DNA of 64,000 nt, from NCBI GenBank assembly GCA_963806225.1, contig CAWDXG010000001.1, forward strand, positions 960,001 through 1,024,000, written 5' to 3'. The position numbers and the translations under genes were made by a program. Below, piece by piece: positions 26,101 to 34,180 of this stretch (positions are counted from its first letter, which is position 1; each line of letters opens with the position of its first letter). Source of the DNA: an uncultured delta proteobacterium (GTDB taxonomy: Bacteria; Myxococcota_A; Polyangia; Polyangiales; Polyangiaceae). The notes below the pieces were generated by a model that worked only from the letters and a program-made list of their open reading frames with translations, was not told the DNA's origin and did not search any database.

Positions 26101-26176
26101 TCCGGCGCAGGCGCGAGCGCCAAGGGCGTCGTCGTCGGCGCCGGGGGGAGTGCTCCCTCGGCTGTCTTTCGCTCAC
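23147..26176 (-). CDS. PhaC-like alpha/beta hydrolase fused to an acyl-CoA synthetase-like domain (Mycobacterium Rv1683-like architecture)
   Basis: LLVPPLM, GYSQGG, GGRDDIA, AGHFGL; then LHHPAG, EFYASTE, WFVTGD. Confidence 0.88.
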   Translation of the reverse strand: MSERQPREHSPRRRRRRPWRSRLRRIGMGTENALELIRLGRLGVSDNAPYEVMHQEGTYKLRRYLDELGGDAPRPALLLVPPLMLTAEIYDVAPDLSAVRRLVGAGIDTWVVDFGAPETEEGGMERTLDDHVRAVAHAVDRVRRATGRNVHLGGYSQGGMFVYQAAAYRRSAGIASLITFGSPVDIHKNLPSLSADLTGRILRILRPVVEVPLQHIEGLPGVLTSTGFKVLSLRKEVEQLVDFVRKLHDRQALEKRESRRRFLAGEGFVAWPGPALRKFVDEFIVQNRMMSGGFVINGRTVTLADITTPVLYFVGGRDDIARPASVRAIEHAVPTAELFEATVPAGHFGLVVGSTAGRDTWPTVIEWIKWREGHGKKPRLLTEEEQPARGEVEVEDAAFDEPLDFDLFYDVAVGTLETAWEKFGHVFEDIGDAVDNLRYQLPRLTLLNRIEDDTTVSFGNALSSQARSIPDQTFFLWKGRAFSYADADRRVENVVRGLIHCGVRPGHHVGVMMRGRPSYLSMVTAINRIGAVSVLLSPEADDEALDRALGLDRLEFLATDPEDAARARAAFAGEVLVLGGGGPNRALPDGVVDMEAIDPEAVELPGWYRPNPGRASDLAMLIVTVDRGGRGRAAGITNRRWAFSAYGAAAACTLTSKDTVYACLPLHHPAGLLVSVGGALVGGTRLALATRFEPDVFWNDVRRYGASVVFYAGEMCRQLVDATPSPAERDSPLRLFAGSGMRADVWRRVIERFGPVGVLEFYASTEVNLVLANASGKKVGAVGRSLPGSIDKTLVEYDFNAGDFSRDALGRFVRCRADQPGVLVAKLDPLHLPEGDSTDGARSRIRRDVFDTGDAWFVTGDFMRRDADGDYWFVDRLRDVVRTPGGPVFPRALEDRLLELPDVELAAAYGVTPEGAAGEVIAAAVVPADGESLDLERLSRHLASEQGHVRPRLLRLVERMPMTDGYRPIKARLREEGVRADGQTFWLDGEQYRPLEDGNRDEALRRVTP

Positions 26177-26242
26177 GGATCCCTTGTAGATCAAGCAGCA
26201 TGATTGTGGAACACGGCAGCTCCCGGGCGTCCCGGGGCGGCG

Positions 26243-27322
26243 CTACATGCCCAGGCCTGTCAGGAGGTCGTCCAGTCTGAGCGCCGCCGCCAGGTTGCCG
26301 GCCGAGTGCGCATAGTCCAGCGCCGAGAAGAGGTGGGTCTGTTCGAGATCGAGCCGCTCGGGGTGTTGCTCGATGAGCGCGACGTAGTGCTCGAAGTGGC
26401 GTTGCGGATCGGCGCGGGTGCGGCGAGCGACGGCGTGCTTCACGGTCGCGTGCAGCGAGAACCGCCCGGCGAAGGGTTCCTGGACCAGATGCCAGCGGCA
26501 GAGCGTGTCCAGCGCCTCGCCCGCCCCCACGCGTACGCGGGCGAGCTTGAACAGCGACTCGCGGTCGACGTGGTCGCCTTCAGTGTGGGCGAGCACGCCG
26601 AGCATCCGGCGGGGCGCCGGCGACAGGCGCTTCCAGGCCAGTTCGACCAGAAGCCCGACTTCGGGCAGGTCGTCCTCGTGCTCGATCACGCGCACCCGAT
26701 CCACCCCTCGCGACCTGAGGAAATGCTCGAGCTCGGGCACCCGCGCGACGCCGTCCGTGACCAGCGCGTCCGCCAGGTCGAGCGCCAGTGGATTCCAGCG
26801 CAACAGGCGCGTCAGGGAGGCTACCCGGGGAAACGCGCTCCGGCCGCTGGTCACGAGTGGCGCGATCACCGGAAAGATCGACACTCCGGCCAGCAGGCAG
26901 CGCCGTGCGGTCACGAGCCAGGTGACGGGCGCGTCGCGCAGCTCGTCGAGCAGCGTGGCGACGGCAGCGTCGTCCTCGTGGTTGTCGAGCACGACGAAGC
27001 TATCGCCGCGCGCTTCGAGCTCGCGGCGCAGGGCCGTTGGCAGCCGCTGGCGCGGCGTCCGGAAACGCAGGGCCAGCATCTCGAGCAGCGTGTGGGCGTC
27101 CCAGGCGCCTACCCTGAACCAGTGGATCCCGCCCGGGAAATCGCGCGAGACCCGGTGCCCGAGCGCGCAGGCCAGTGTCGACTTCCCGCTGCCTCCGGCC
27201 CCGACCAGTGCGATGCGCGTCGGGTGTCCGCTGCGCACCCCGGCTACCAGGGTGGCGAGCTCGCGGCGTCGTCCGCGCAGCGAGCGCGGTCGCGGTGGAA
27301 ACACGTTGGGTGGTCGCGTCAT
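26243..27322 (-). CDS. Stand-alone NB-ARC/STAND-like ATPase with winged-helix region
   Basis: GRRREL, GAGGSGKS, FPGGIHW, FVVLDN, LVTAR, NPLAL, RFSLHATV. Confidence 0.8.
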   Translation of the reverse strand: MTRPPNVFPPRPRSLRGRRRELATLVAGVRSGHPTRIALVGAGGSGKSTLACALGHRVSRDFPGGIHWFRVGAWDAHTLLEMLALRFRTPRQRLPTALRRELEARGDSFVVLDNHEDDAAVATLLDELRDAPVTWLVTARRCLLAGVSIFPVIAPLVTSGRSAFPRVASLTRLLRWNPLALDLADALVTDGVARVPELEHFLRSRGVDRVRVIEHEDDLPEVGLLVELAWKRLSPAPRRMLGVLAHTEGDHVDRESLFKLARVRVGAGEALDTLCRWHLVQEPFAGRFSLHATVKHAVARRTRADPQRHFEHYVALIEQHPERLDLEQTHLFSALDYAHSAGNLAAALRLDDLLTGLGM

Positions 27323-27363
27323 GGCCGGGAGGGACGGTAGCACCGGCCCCAGCCGGAGCGCGA

Positions 27364-28641
27364 TCAGCTCCGGCGCGCCGGGCTTGCGACCCGGTAGGTG
27401 AGCTCGACCGCGACAGCGAGCAGCAGCATCGCCGCTAGCGCGATCAGCCCCACCAGGTTGTGGCGGCTCTGCCAGAGCAGCGCGACCAGCGCGGCGAGGC
27501 AGGCGACCGTGCCGGTGAGCGCGATGGCCGGATTCGCGCCGATGTCATCCGAACGCCGTGCCGCCGCCGTATTGACGATCGCGAAGACCAGAAGGAAGCC
27601 GGCGCTACCCATGACGGCGATGTTCGACAGGTCGAACAGGTTCGCGGCCAGCAGCGTGGCTGCTGCCGTGATGAGTAGACCCTCGAGTGGGCGATTCCAG
27701 ATGTTGCGCTCGAGCAACCCGGGCAGCTCGCCGTCCTTGGCGATGATGTAGCTGACGCGCGCGGCGCCGTAGAGCGTGGCATTGATGGCCGAGGCGGTGG
27801 ACAGGAGCGCCGCGGCGCCGACGAGAGTGAAACCCGCCTGTCCCAGAAACGGTCGCGCCGCCTCGGCGAGCGCGTAGTCCCGCGCGGAGACGATCTCTGG
27901 CACGGCAAGGTTGCCCACGGTAACCGCGGCGACTGCGACGTAGAGCACGATCACGAACCCGACGGCCGCAAAGTAGGCGCGAGGCAGCGTCCGCTTGGGA
28001 TTCTTCACGTCGCCGGCGGTATTGGCGATCAGCTCGAAGCCCTCGTAGGCGAGGAAGATCAGCATGCCGCCGGCCACGAGCGACAGCGGTGAGCCCCAGC
28101 TCGGCGGGGCGAGACGCGCGGCGTCGATGGATGCGAAACCGGTACCGACAAACAGGAGCAGGATCGAGATCTTGATGCCGACGATCCATGTCTCCGCGCG
28201 CCCGACGGCCGACGATCCGAAAGCGTTGAGCGCAGCGAGCGCGATCACCACGCCCGAGAGGCACGCATGACGCCACAGTGCGGAGTGCGGGTGTCCGACC
28301 AGACCGGCTGCATAGCCCCCGAACGCGTGCGCATACAGCGAGAGCATGATGATGTAGCTCAGCCAGAGCAGCACGTTCACGCTGCCGGAAAATAGGTTCT
28401 CGCCGAACGCCTGGTTCACGAATTCGACGGTGCCTCCCTGGCTGGGGTAGCCGACGGACAGGCGTGAATACGAGTAGGCGGTGAGCAGCGCTACGGCTCC
28501 GGCGATCAAGAAGGCGACGGGCGCTCCGCCACCGGCGAGCTGCACGGAGAGCCCGAGCACGGCGAAGATGCCGCCGCCCACCATGCCGCCTACGCCGATC
28601 GCGATGGCTCCCCACAGGCCGATCGCCCCTTCGTGTTTCAT
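27364..28641 (-). CDS. APC-family amino acid permease
   Basis: GGMVGGGIF, FLAYEGFELI, about 12 TM segments. Confidence 0.93.
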   Translation of the reverse strand: MKHEGAIGLWGAIAIGVGGMVGGGIFAVLGLSVQLAGGGAPVAFLIAGAVALLTAYSYSRLSVGYPSQGGTVEFVNQAFGENLFSGSVNVLLWLSYIIMLSLYAHAFGGYAAGLVGHPHSALWRHACLSGVVIALAALNAFGSSAVGRAETWIVGIKISILLLFVGTGFASIDAARLAPPSWGSPLSLVAGGMLIFLAYEGFELIANTAGDVKNPKRTLPRAYFAAVGFVIVLYVAVAAVTVGNLAVPEIVSARDYALAEAARPFLGQAGFTLVGAAALLSTASAINATLYGAARVSYIIAKDGELPGLLERNIWNRPLEGLLITAAATLLAANLFDLSNIAVMGSAGFLLVFAIVNTAAARRSDDIGANPAIALTGTVACLAALVALLWQSRHNLVGLIALAAMLLLAVAVELTYRVASPARRS

Positions 28642-28830
28642 GCTGTCGGGCTCCGGACCCGGGGCCGGCGGACGGGATTGCGCCAGCTGGAGGTCGAGTT
28701 GTTCTGCCGTTCTTGACGCCCGGGCCGGCTGATCGCGACCATGGTCCGGCGACGGGATGCATTCAAGGCAAGGGACATGGCTACTGGAGGGACAACGCCT
28801 GCAGTATCACATCATGGGAGGCGATCACCG

Positions 28831-29487
28831 ATGGCGTCGGATCTAGTCTTGGCAGAGTTCAAGGATCACGAGGCGGCATCGAGCGCCGCAGCGGCGCTTC
28901 TCGCCAAGCAGCTCGAGAACGGCGGCGCCGCCGTGCTCGCGGGCGGCAACACGCCGCGCCGCACGTACGAGTTGCTGCGCGACAAGCCGCTGGCCTGGCA
29001 GCGCGTCCAGCTGCTGGCTTCGGATGAACGCTGCCTGCCCGTGGGACACGCCGATCGCAACGACCGCATGATCGGCGAGGCCTTTGGTCCGCTCGGCTAC
29101 ACGCTCCTGGGCTTCCCCGCGGAACTGGGTGCCGAGGAGGCCGCGCGAGCGATGGAGCCCCGGGTCAAGGAGCTCTTGCCCTTCAAGGTGGCGCTGCTCG
29201 GGCTCGGCGAGGACGGTCACACCGCATCGCTGTTCCCGGGGCAGAGTGCGGTCGCCGCGGCACCGACCCTGGTTGCGCCGGTGCACGACTCGCCCAAGCC
29301 GCCGCCCGATCGTGTCACGCTCACCCTGCGCGCCCTCGCGACCGCGGAGGTGATCGCGTTCCTGGTGACCGGCGAAGGCAAGCAGAGCGCGCTCGCGGCG
29401 CTGCTCGAGGGGGGCGACGTGCCGGCGGCCATGGTTCGCGGCGGGCAGGTCCGCGTCCTGGCTGACCGGGCGGCTCTGGGTCGCTAG
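28831..29487 (+). CDS. pgl: 6-phosphogluconolactonase
   Basis: LAGGNTP, DERC, LGLGEDGHTASLFP, PKPPPDRVTLT; GGAGG RBS. Confidence 0.93.
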   Translation: MASDLVLAEFKDHEAASSAAAALLAKQLENGGAAVLAGGNTPRRTYELLRDKPLAWQRVQLLASDERCLPVGHADRNDRMIGEAFGPLGYTLLGFPAELGAEEAARAMEPRVKELLPFKVALLGLGEDGHTASLFPGQSAVAAAPTLVAPVHDSPKPPPDRVTLTLRALATAEVIAFLVTGEGKQSALAALLEGGDVPAAMVRGGQVRVLADRAALGR

Positions 29488-29574
29488 CCCCGGGCTGGAA
29501 CACCGCTCCACGCGCATCGAGCTCCCACCGCCGCGGCCGCCTCGCGCAGGACTTCTACGTACCGGGTGCCTCCC

Positions 29575-29589
29575 GCGCATCCGTTGCGC
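29575..29589. promoter_or_regulatory. Palindromic enhancer-like site GCGCA-N5-TGCGC with phased half-sites at 29512 and 29544
   Basis: GCGCA TCCGT TGCGC; upstream GCGCA half-sites at 32- and 31-bp intervals. Confidence 0.7.
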
Positions 29590-29631
29590 ACTCCTTTCGC
29601 GATGGCCGTCGAAAGTCGTGCTCCGGGCCTG

Positions 29632-29647
29632 TGGAACGCAGCTTGCT
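29632..29647 (+). promoter_or_regulatory. sigma54 promoter of hsp20-mat
   Basis: TGGAACGCAGCTTGCT, GG-N10-GC. Confidence 0.8.
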
Positions 29648-29702
29648 CCAGAGGGCCAACGCTCGACCTTCGGTCGAGCACGAGTCAAGAGGAGGACGAC
29701 GG

Positions 29703-30194
29703 ATGGCCAACATCTCGATTTCACGTAAGGAAAACGGCAACAAGCCCACGACCGGGACGCCGACAACCACCCGACACTGGGATCCGCTCCGCACCATGCG
29801 CGAGATGATGCGCTGGGATCCGTTCGGGGAGATGGCGCCATCGGCGTGGTGGACCGAGGAAGAGGCGTTCGCGCCAGCTTTCGAGGTGAAGGAAACGAAA
29901 GAGGGCTTTGTCTTCAAGGCGGACATGCCGGGCGTAGAGTCCAAGGACCTGGACGTGAAGCTCACGCAGAACCGTCTGAGCGTCAGCGGCAGGCGCGAAG
30001 CCGAGAAGTCCGAGAAGACGGACACCTACTACGCCTGCGAGCGCTCCTACGGCAGCTTCACCCGGGCGTTTACGCTGCCCGAGGGCGTCGATGCCGAGAA
30101 GATCAAGGCCGACCTCAAGGATGGCGTGCTCACGCTCTTCCTGCCGAAGAAGCCGGAGATGCAGCCCAAGCAGATCAACGTGAAGTCGTCCTGA
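29703..30194 (+). CDS. Hsp20/alpha-crystallin small heat shock protein
   Basis: ADMPGV, ERSYGSFTRAFTLP, ADLKDGVLTL; GAGGAGG RBS. Confidence 0.96.
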   Translation: MANISISRKENGNKPTTGTPTTTRHWDPLRTMREMMRWDPFGEMAPSAWWTEEEAFAPAFEVKETKEGFVFKADMPGVESKDLDVKLTQNRLSVSGRREAEKSEKTDTYYACERSYGSFTRAFTLPEGVDAEKIKADLKDGVLTLFLPKKPEMQPKQINVKSS

Positions 30195-30206
30195 TCTGCT
30201 AGCCTG

Positions 30207-30235
30207 GCGGATGGCGGCGTCGTGCCGCCATCCGC
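30207..30235 (+). terminator. Perfect 12-bp hairpin between hsp20 and mat (no U-tract; terminator or mRNA stabiliser)
   Basis: GCGGATGGCGGC-gtcgt-GCCGCCATCCGC. Confidence 0.6.
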
Positions 30236-30253
30236 TCGCGCAGGGGACGCGAC

Positions 30254-31447
30254 ATGCAGATACACATCAGTGCGCTTTCCGGCCAGCAGATCGGTCCCGA
30301 TGTCGAGATCGTGGAGCGGAAGGGGCTCGGACACCCCGACAGCGTGTGTGACGCGCTGGCCGAGCAGCTGTCGGTGCAGCTGTCGAAGTACTATCTCGAA
30401 AACTTCGGGCGCATTCTCCATCACAACGTCGACAAGGCGCTGCTCAGGGGCGGCAGAGCACGCGCCCGCTTCGGCGGGGGTGAAGTGTTAGAGCCGATCG
30501 ACATCTACCTCGCAGGGCGCGCCGTCACGCGGGTCGGGGACGTGGAGGTGCCGGTCGAGGAGATCGCGGTCGAGTACAGCCGCGCCTGGCTTCGCGAGAA
30601 CCTGCGCTCGATCGACGTGGACCGTCACGTCAATCTGCATTGCATGGTGCGCCCCGGGTCGGTCGATCTGGGCGAGCTGTTCGGGCGCCGTTTCGATGAG
30701 ACGCCGCTCGCCAACGACACCTCGATAGGCGTCGGCTATGCGCCGCTGTCGAGGCTGGAGCGGCTGGTGCTCGAGCTCGAGCGGCTGCTCAATACCCGCG
30801 GCTTCCGTGATCGCTACCCGAGCGGCGGCGAGGACGTGAAGGTGATGGGGGTCAGACAGGGCAGCCGCATCGATCTGACGATCGCGCGCGCATTCGTCGA
30901 CCGCCACGTCCAGAGCTTCGACGACTATCTGTCGCAGCGCGCCGAGCTCGAGGCCGAGGCCCGCCGCATCGCTTCAGGATTCTCCGACAACGTGAACGTC
31001 CGTGTGAACGCCGCGGATGGTCCGGAGCCGGGCTCGATCTACCTGACGGTGACGGGCACTTCGGCGGAGGCGGGCGACGACGGTGAAGTCGGGCGCGGCA
31101 ACCGCGCGAACGGTCTGATCACGCCGCATCGTCCCATGTCGCTGGAAGCGACGGCTGGGAAGAACCCCGTCAGCCACGTCGGCAAGCTGTACAACGTGCT
31201 GGCCCGGGAGATGGCGGAGAGCATCGTGCTCGAGCTCGACGCTGTCGAAGCCGCACACTGCGTGGTGTTGAGCCGCATCGGCAGTCCGGTGTCCGAGCCG
31301 GAGCTGGTCGACATCAGGGTGGCGACCGTCGAGAACCGACCCTACGACGCAGCCCACGGCCGGATCCGCGAGATCGTCGGCGACCAGCTGCTCGATCTGG
31401 GCCTCATGACGGAGCGCCTGCTCGGCGGGCAGGTGCAGCTGTTCTAG
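30254..31447 (+). CDS. mat: Archaeal-type methionine adenosyltransferase
   Basis: VERKGLGHPDS, ILHHNVDK, ANDTS, GEDVKVMG, GRGNRANGLIT, AGKNPVSHVGKLYN. Confidence 0.93.
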   Translation: MQIHISALSGQQIGPDVEIVERKGLGHPDSVCDALAEQLSVQLSKYYLENFGRILHHNVDKALLRGGRARARFGGGEVLEPIDIYLAGRAVTRVGDVEVPVEEIAVEYSRAWLRENLRSIDVDRHVNLHCMVRPGSVDLGELFGRRFDETPLANDTSIGVGYAPLSRLERLVLELERLLNTRGFRDRYPSGGEDVKVMGVRQGSRIDLTIARAFVDRHVQSFDDYLSQRAELEAEARRIASGFSDNVNVRVNAADGPEPGSIYLTVTGTSAEAGDDGEVGRGNRANGLITPHRPMSLEATAGKNPVSHVGKLYNVLAREMAESIVLELDAVEAAHCVVLSRIGSPVSEPELVDIRVATVENRPYDAAHGRIREIVGDQLLDLGLMTERLLGGQVQLF

Positions 31448-32118
31448 TCCCAGCGTAACGCAGAGCGGCCGTGCCAGCCGTGCTCGCCGACGAGCGGAAC
31501 GAAGGCGCAGCCGGTCAGTTGCTCCGTCGAGAGCTCTCCGTCACGGCGGCGCACCCTCAAGAGATTCTGCGCCCACTCGTCGCCGACCGGGATCACCAGC
31601 CGCCCGTCCTGGCCGAGCTGGGTGGTCAGCGGAGGCGGAACGCGCGGCGCGCCGGCCGCCACGATGATCGCGTCGTAGGGCGCGCGCTCGGGCCAGCCCC
31701 GGCTTCCGTCGCCTTGTACGACGCGGACGTTGTCGTAGCCGAGGCGCTCGAGCAGCATCTGCGCCCGCTCGGTCAGCTCGGGGACGTACTCCACCGAGAT
31801 CACGTCCGCTGCGAGCTCGCCCAGGAGAGCAGCCTGGTAGCCGCTGCCCGTTCCGATCTCCAGCACCCGCTCGGAACCGGACAGCTCCAGCGCTTCGAGC
31901 ATCATCCCCACGATCAGCGGTTGCGAGATGGTCTGGCCCTTGCCAATGGGAAGCGGCCGGTCTGCATACGCCTGGTCCAGGACTTCGGCGGGAACGAACT
32001 CCTGGCGCGGAACGCGCCCCATGGCGGCCAGCACCCGCGGGTCGCGCACGCCCCGGTCCGCCAGCTGGTGCTGTACCATCAGGCGTCGACGCTCCGCGAA
32101 CTCGTCGTGGGTGCTCAT
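31444..32118 (-). CDS. pcm: Protein-L-isoaspartate O-methyltransferase
   Basis: GQTISQP, VLEIGTGSGYQAA, APYDAIIV, FVPLVG. Confidence 0.96.
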   Translation of the reverse strand: MSTHDEFAERRRLMVQHQLADRGVRDPRVLAAMGRVPRQEFVPAEVLDQAYADRPLPIGKGQTISQPLIVGMMLEALELSGSERVLEIGTGSGYQAALLGELAADVISVEYVPELTERAQMLLERLGYDNVRVVQGDGSRGWPERAPYDAIIVAAGAPRVPPPLTTQLGQDGRLVIPVGDEWAQNLLRVRRRDGELSTEQLTGCAFVPLVGEHGWHGRSALRWD

Positions 32119-32153
32119 TCGTCTTCCTTCCAGGGCAGAGCAGGCTCGCTGCC

Positions 32154-32738
32154 TCACCGGGCGACGAGCGTCCCGTGTCCGGTCATCAATGCGCGCCGTG
32201 CATAGTATACGACCGAGACCAGACCCAGGACTGCGGCGACCGCGCAAAATAGCCACGCGGCGCTGGCTTCTGCCACGATGGCCACGAGCGCGCCGAACTG
32301 CCCCACCGTCGCGAGCTTGCCGGGAGCTCCCGCACGGAAATCGAGCCGCGCAGCCAGGCCCAGGCGCTGGCCGAACAGGAAATGAGCGGCGAGCAGCGGC
32401 AGCTGCAGAAGCTCGCGGGTCGCGATCAACAAGAGCTGCCACAGCGGGCTCTCGAGCGTCACTGCGAGCGCCACCAGCACCGCGAGCACGAACGCCTTGT
32501 CGCAGGCAGGATCGAGCCACTGCCCTATGCCATCGGACCGGGCCGCCCGCTCCGGTGAGCGGCGCGCCAGCCAGCCGTCGAGCACGTCGGAGACCGCTGC
32601 CAGCGCCATCATGCCCAGCAGCAGCGGGCGTGAAGCGGGAGCGAGCCACACCACCAACCCCATCGGTACGCGCGACAGGCTCATGAGATTCGCTGCAGTC
32701 AGCAGCGGCTCCCGCTCCTCTGCGTTCCCCTCTTCCAC
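32154..32738 (-). CDS. CDP-alcohol phosphatidyltransferase family protein
   Basis: ANLMSLSR, SDVLDGWLARR..G.WLDPACDK. Confidence 0.88.
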   Translation of the reverse strand: MEEGNAEEREPLLTAANLMSLSRVPMGLVVWLAPASRPLLLGMMALAAVSDVLDGWLARRSPERAARSDGIGQWLDPACDKAFVLAVLVALAVTLESPLWQLLLIATRELLQLPLLAAHFLFGQRLGLAARLDFRAGAPGKLATVGQFGALVAIVAEASAAWLFCAVAAVLGLVSVVYYARRALMTGHGTLVAR

Positions 32739-32843
32739 CCGTCTCCCTGAAGCGTAGAACCTCGCAGCTTCCGCGCCAACGTGACGGTTTTTCGCGGTCC
32801 AATGGGTCGCGGCGCACGCATTTCGCGTTTCGGGTGCGCGACG

Positions 32844-32859
32844 TGGTTCCATTCTTGCA
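32844..32859 (+). promoter_or_regulatory. sigma54-like promoter with upstream near-consensus GCGCA sites
   Basis: TGGTTCCATTCTTGCA; GCGCA CGCAT TTCGC at 32812-32826 and TCGCA GCTTC CGCGC at 32762-32776. Confidence 0.5.
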
Positions 32860-32873
32860 CCACCCGGAGCTGC

Positions 32874-33287
32874 GTGATCTACGAGATCCTCAGCGCCGCG
32901 GTGGACACGCTCCACGCGCTTGCCATGGTCGCCTGGGTGCTGGGCCTGCCGCTGCTGTTCTGGCACCGATGGCCCCGCCTGAGTGGTGTGTACGTCGTCT
33001 ACTCCCTGGCGTTCGTGGTGATCACGCGGGTATCCCACGCGATCCTGGGCGAGTGCGTGCTCACCACGCTCTCCCGGGACCTCTGGAACGCCTCCGGGCT
33101 GGCGGATCGCGGGCACTCGTCGTTCACGGTTCGGTTGGTGGACGCGATTGCGGGCATCCACTTCACGGAGCACTCGGCCGTGCTGCTGTGGGAGGGGGCG
33201 GTGTTCGTTTGCAGCGCCGGAATGCTCTGGTATCTGGTCGACGCGCGCCGCAGACGACGACGGCACGACGACACCGCCAGGGCATGA
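32874..33287 (+). CDS. Small membrane protein, DUF2784-like
   Basis: LH..AM..W.LG and G.C.LT.L pattern, about 3 TM segments. Confidence 0.65.
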   Translation: MIYEILSAAVDTLHALAMVAWVLGLPLLFWHRWPRLSGVYVVYSLAFVVITRVSHAILGECVLTTLSRDLWNASGLADRGHSSFTVRLVDAIAGIHFTEHSAVLLWEGAVFVCSAGMLWYLVDARRRRRRHDDTARA

Positions 33288-33295
33288 ATGTTGCT
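33280..33295 (+). promoter_or_regulatory. sigma54-like promoter of the CBS gene
   Basis: GGGCATGAATGTTGCT, GG-N10-GC, about 50 bp before the ATG. Confidence 0.55.
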
Positions 33296-33343
33296 GCGAA
33301 ACCGGGCGCCGGTGTCGCGGGCGCCGGGACAGAGGAGAACAAG

Positions 33344-34081
33344 ATGGCGAAGACCGTCGACGAGATCATGAACCACGAGCTGTTCAGTCTGCGCCCCGAC
33401 GATAGCTGTGAAGACGGACTCGGCTACATCCTGGCGCTCGGCGTGACCGGAGCACCGGTGATCGATCCGGAACAGAGGCCGATCGGCGTGGTGTCGTTCC
33501 GTGATCTGGTGGCCAGGAAGGCGCCGGAGTCGGTCAAGGAGCGCATGACGCGTCCGGCCATCGTGGTCCGTACGGACGCGAGCATCGAAGACGCGGCGAG
33601 GCTGCTCGCCGAAAGCGGCGTGCACCGCGTGGTCGCCGTCGACGCGGAGGGCCGTGCGGTCGGCGTGGTCTCGTCCCTGGACGTGATCCGCGGTCTGATC
33701 GGTCTGCCCGCCGGACATCCGGCGACGTTCCCGCACTACGATGCCGCGACAGGCAGTGCCTGGAGCGACGACACGCTCCTCGAGATCGATCGGCTCGCGG
33801 TGGCGCCGGACGGTCCGGGCGTGTTTGCGCTCGTCCGCGGCGGACGCGGGCTGTCGGAAGCGGTGATCTGGGCGGAGGCCGCCCACAACGTACGCACCCG
33901 CCTGTACGACATCCTGTCCCTGCCGCAGACGGACACCCCGCTGCTCAAGCGCATTCTCGGCGACTACCAGAACCTGCGCTTCCGCGCCGCGTCCATCTCC
34001 GACATGCAGACGCGCATGAAGGTGCTCGAGGCGCTGCTCGCCGAGGCGCACAAGAAGCTCGAGGTCGCGGCGCACGCCTGA
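33344..34081 (+). CDS. CBS-pair protein with C-terminal degenerate GIY-YIG-like domain
   Basis: GAPVID..PIGVVS.RDL and HRVVAVD..GVVSSLD; tail PDGPGVFAL..VIWAEAAHNVRTRL; AGAGGAG RBS. Confidence 0.85.
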   Translation: MAKTVDEIMNHELFSLRPDDSCEDGLGYILALGVTGAPVIDPEQRPIGVVSFRDLVARKAPESVKERMTRPAIVVRTDASIEDAARLLAESGVHRVVAVDAEGRAVGVVSSLDVIRGLIGLPAGHPATFPHYDAATGSAWSDDTLLEIDRLAVAPDGPGVFALVRGGRGLSEAVIWAEAAHNVRTRLYDILSLPQTDTPLLKRILGDYQNLRFRAASISDMQTRMKVLEALLAEAHKKLEVAAHA

Positions 34082-34180
34082 CCCGGGCCTCCAGCTTGCG
34101 CGCGAGGCGGGAGGGCCCTAGGGTCCCGCCACGTTGCTCGCCTTTGCGACACGTCGAGATCTCCGGGCGCCGGTCGTGCC

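Noticed and set aside
31444..32817. 457-aa extended Pcm
   Set aside because: The extension is an alternative frame over the phosphatidyltransferase; Pcm starts at 32118
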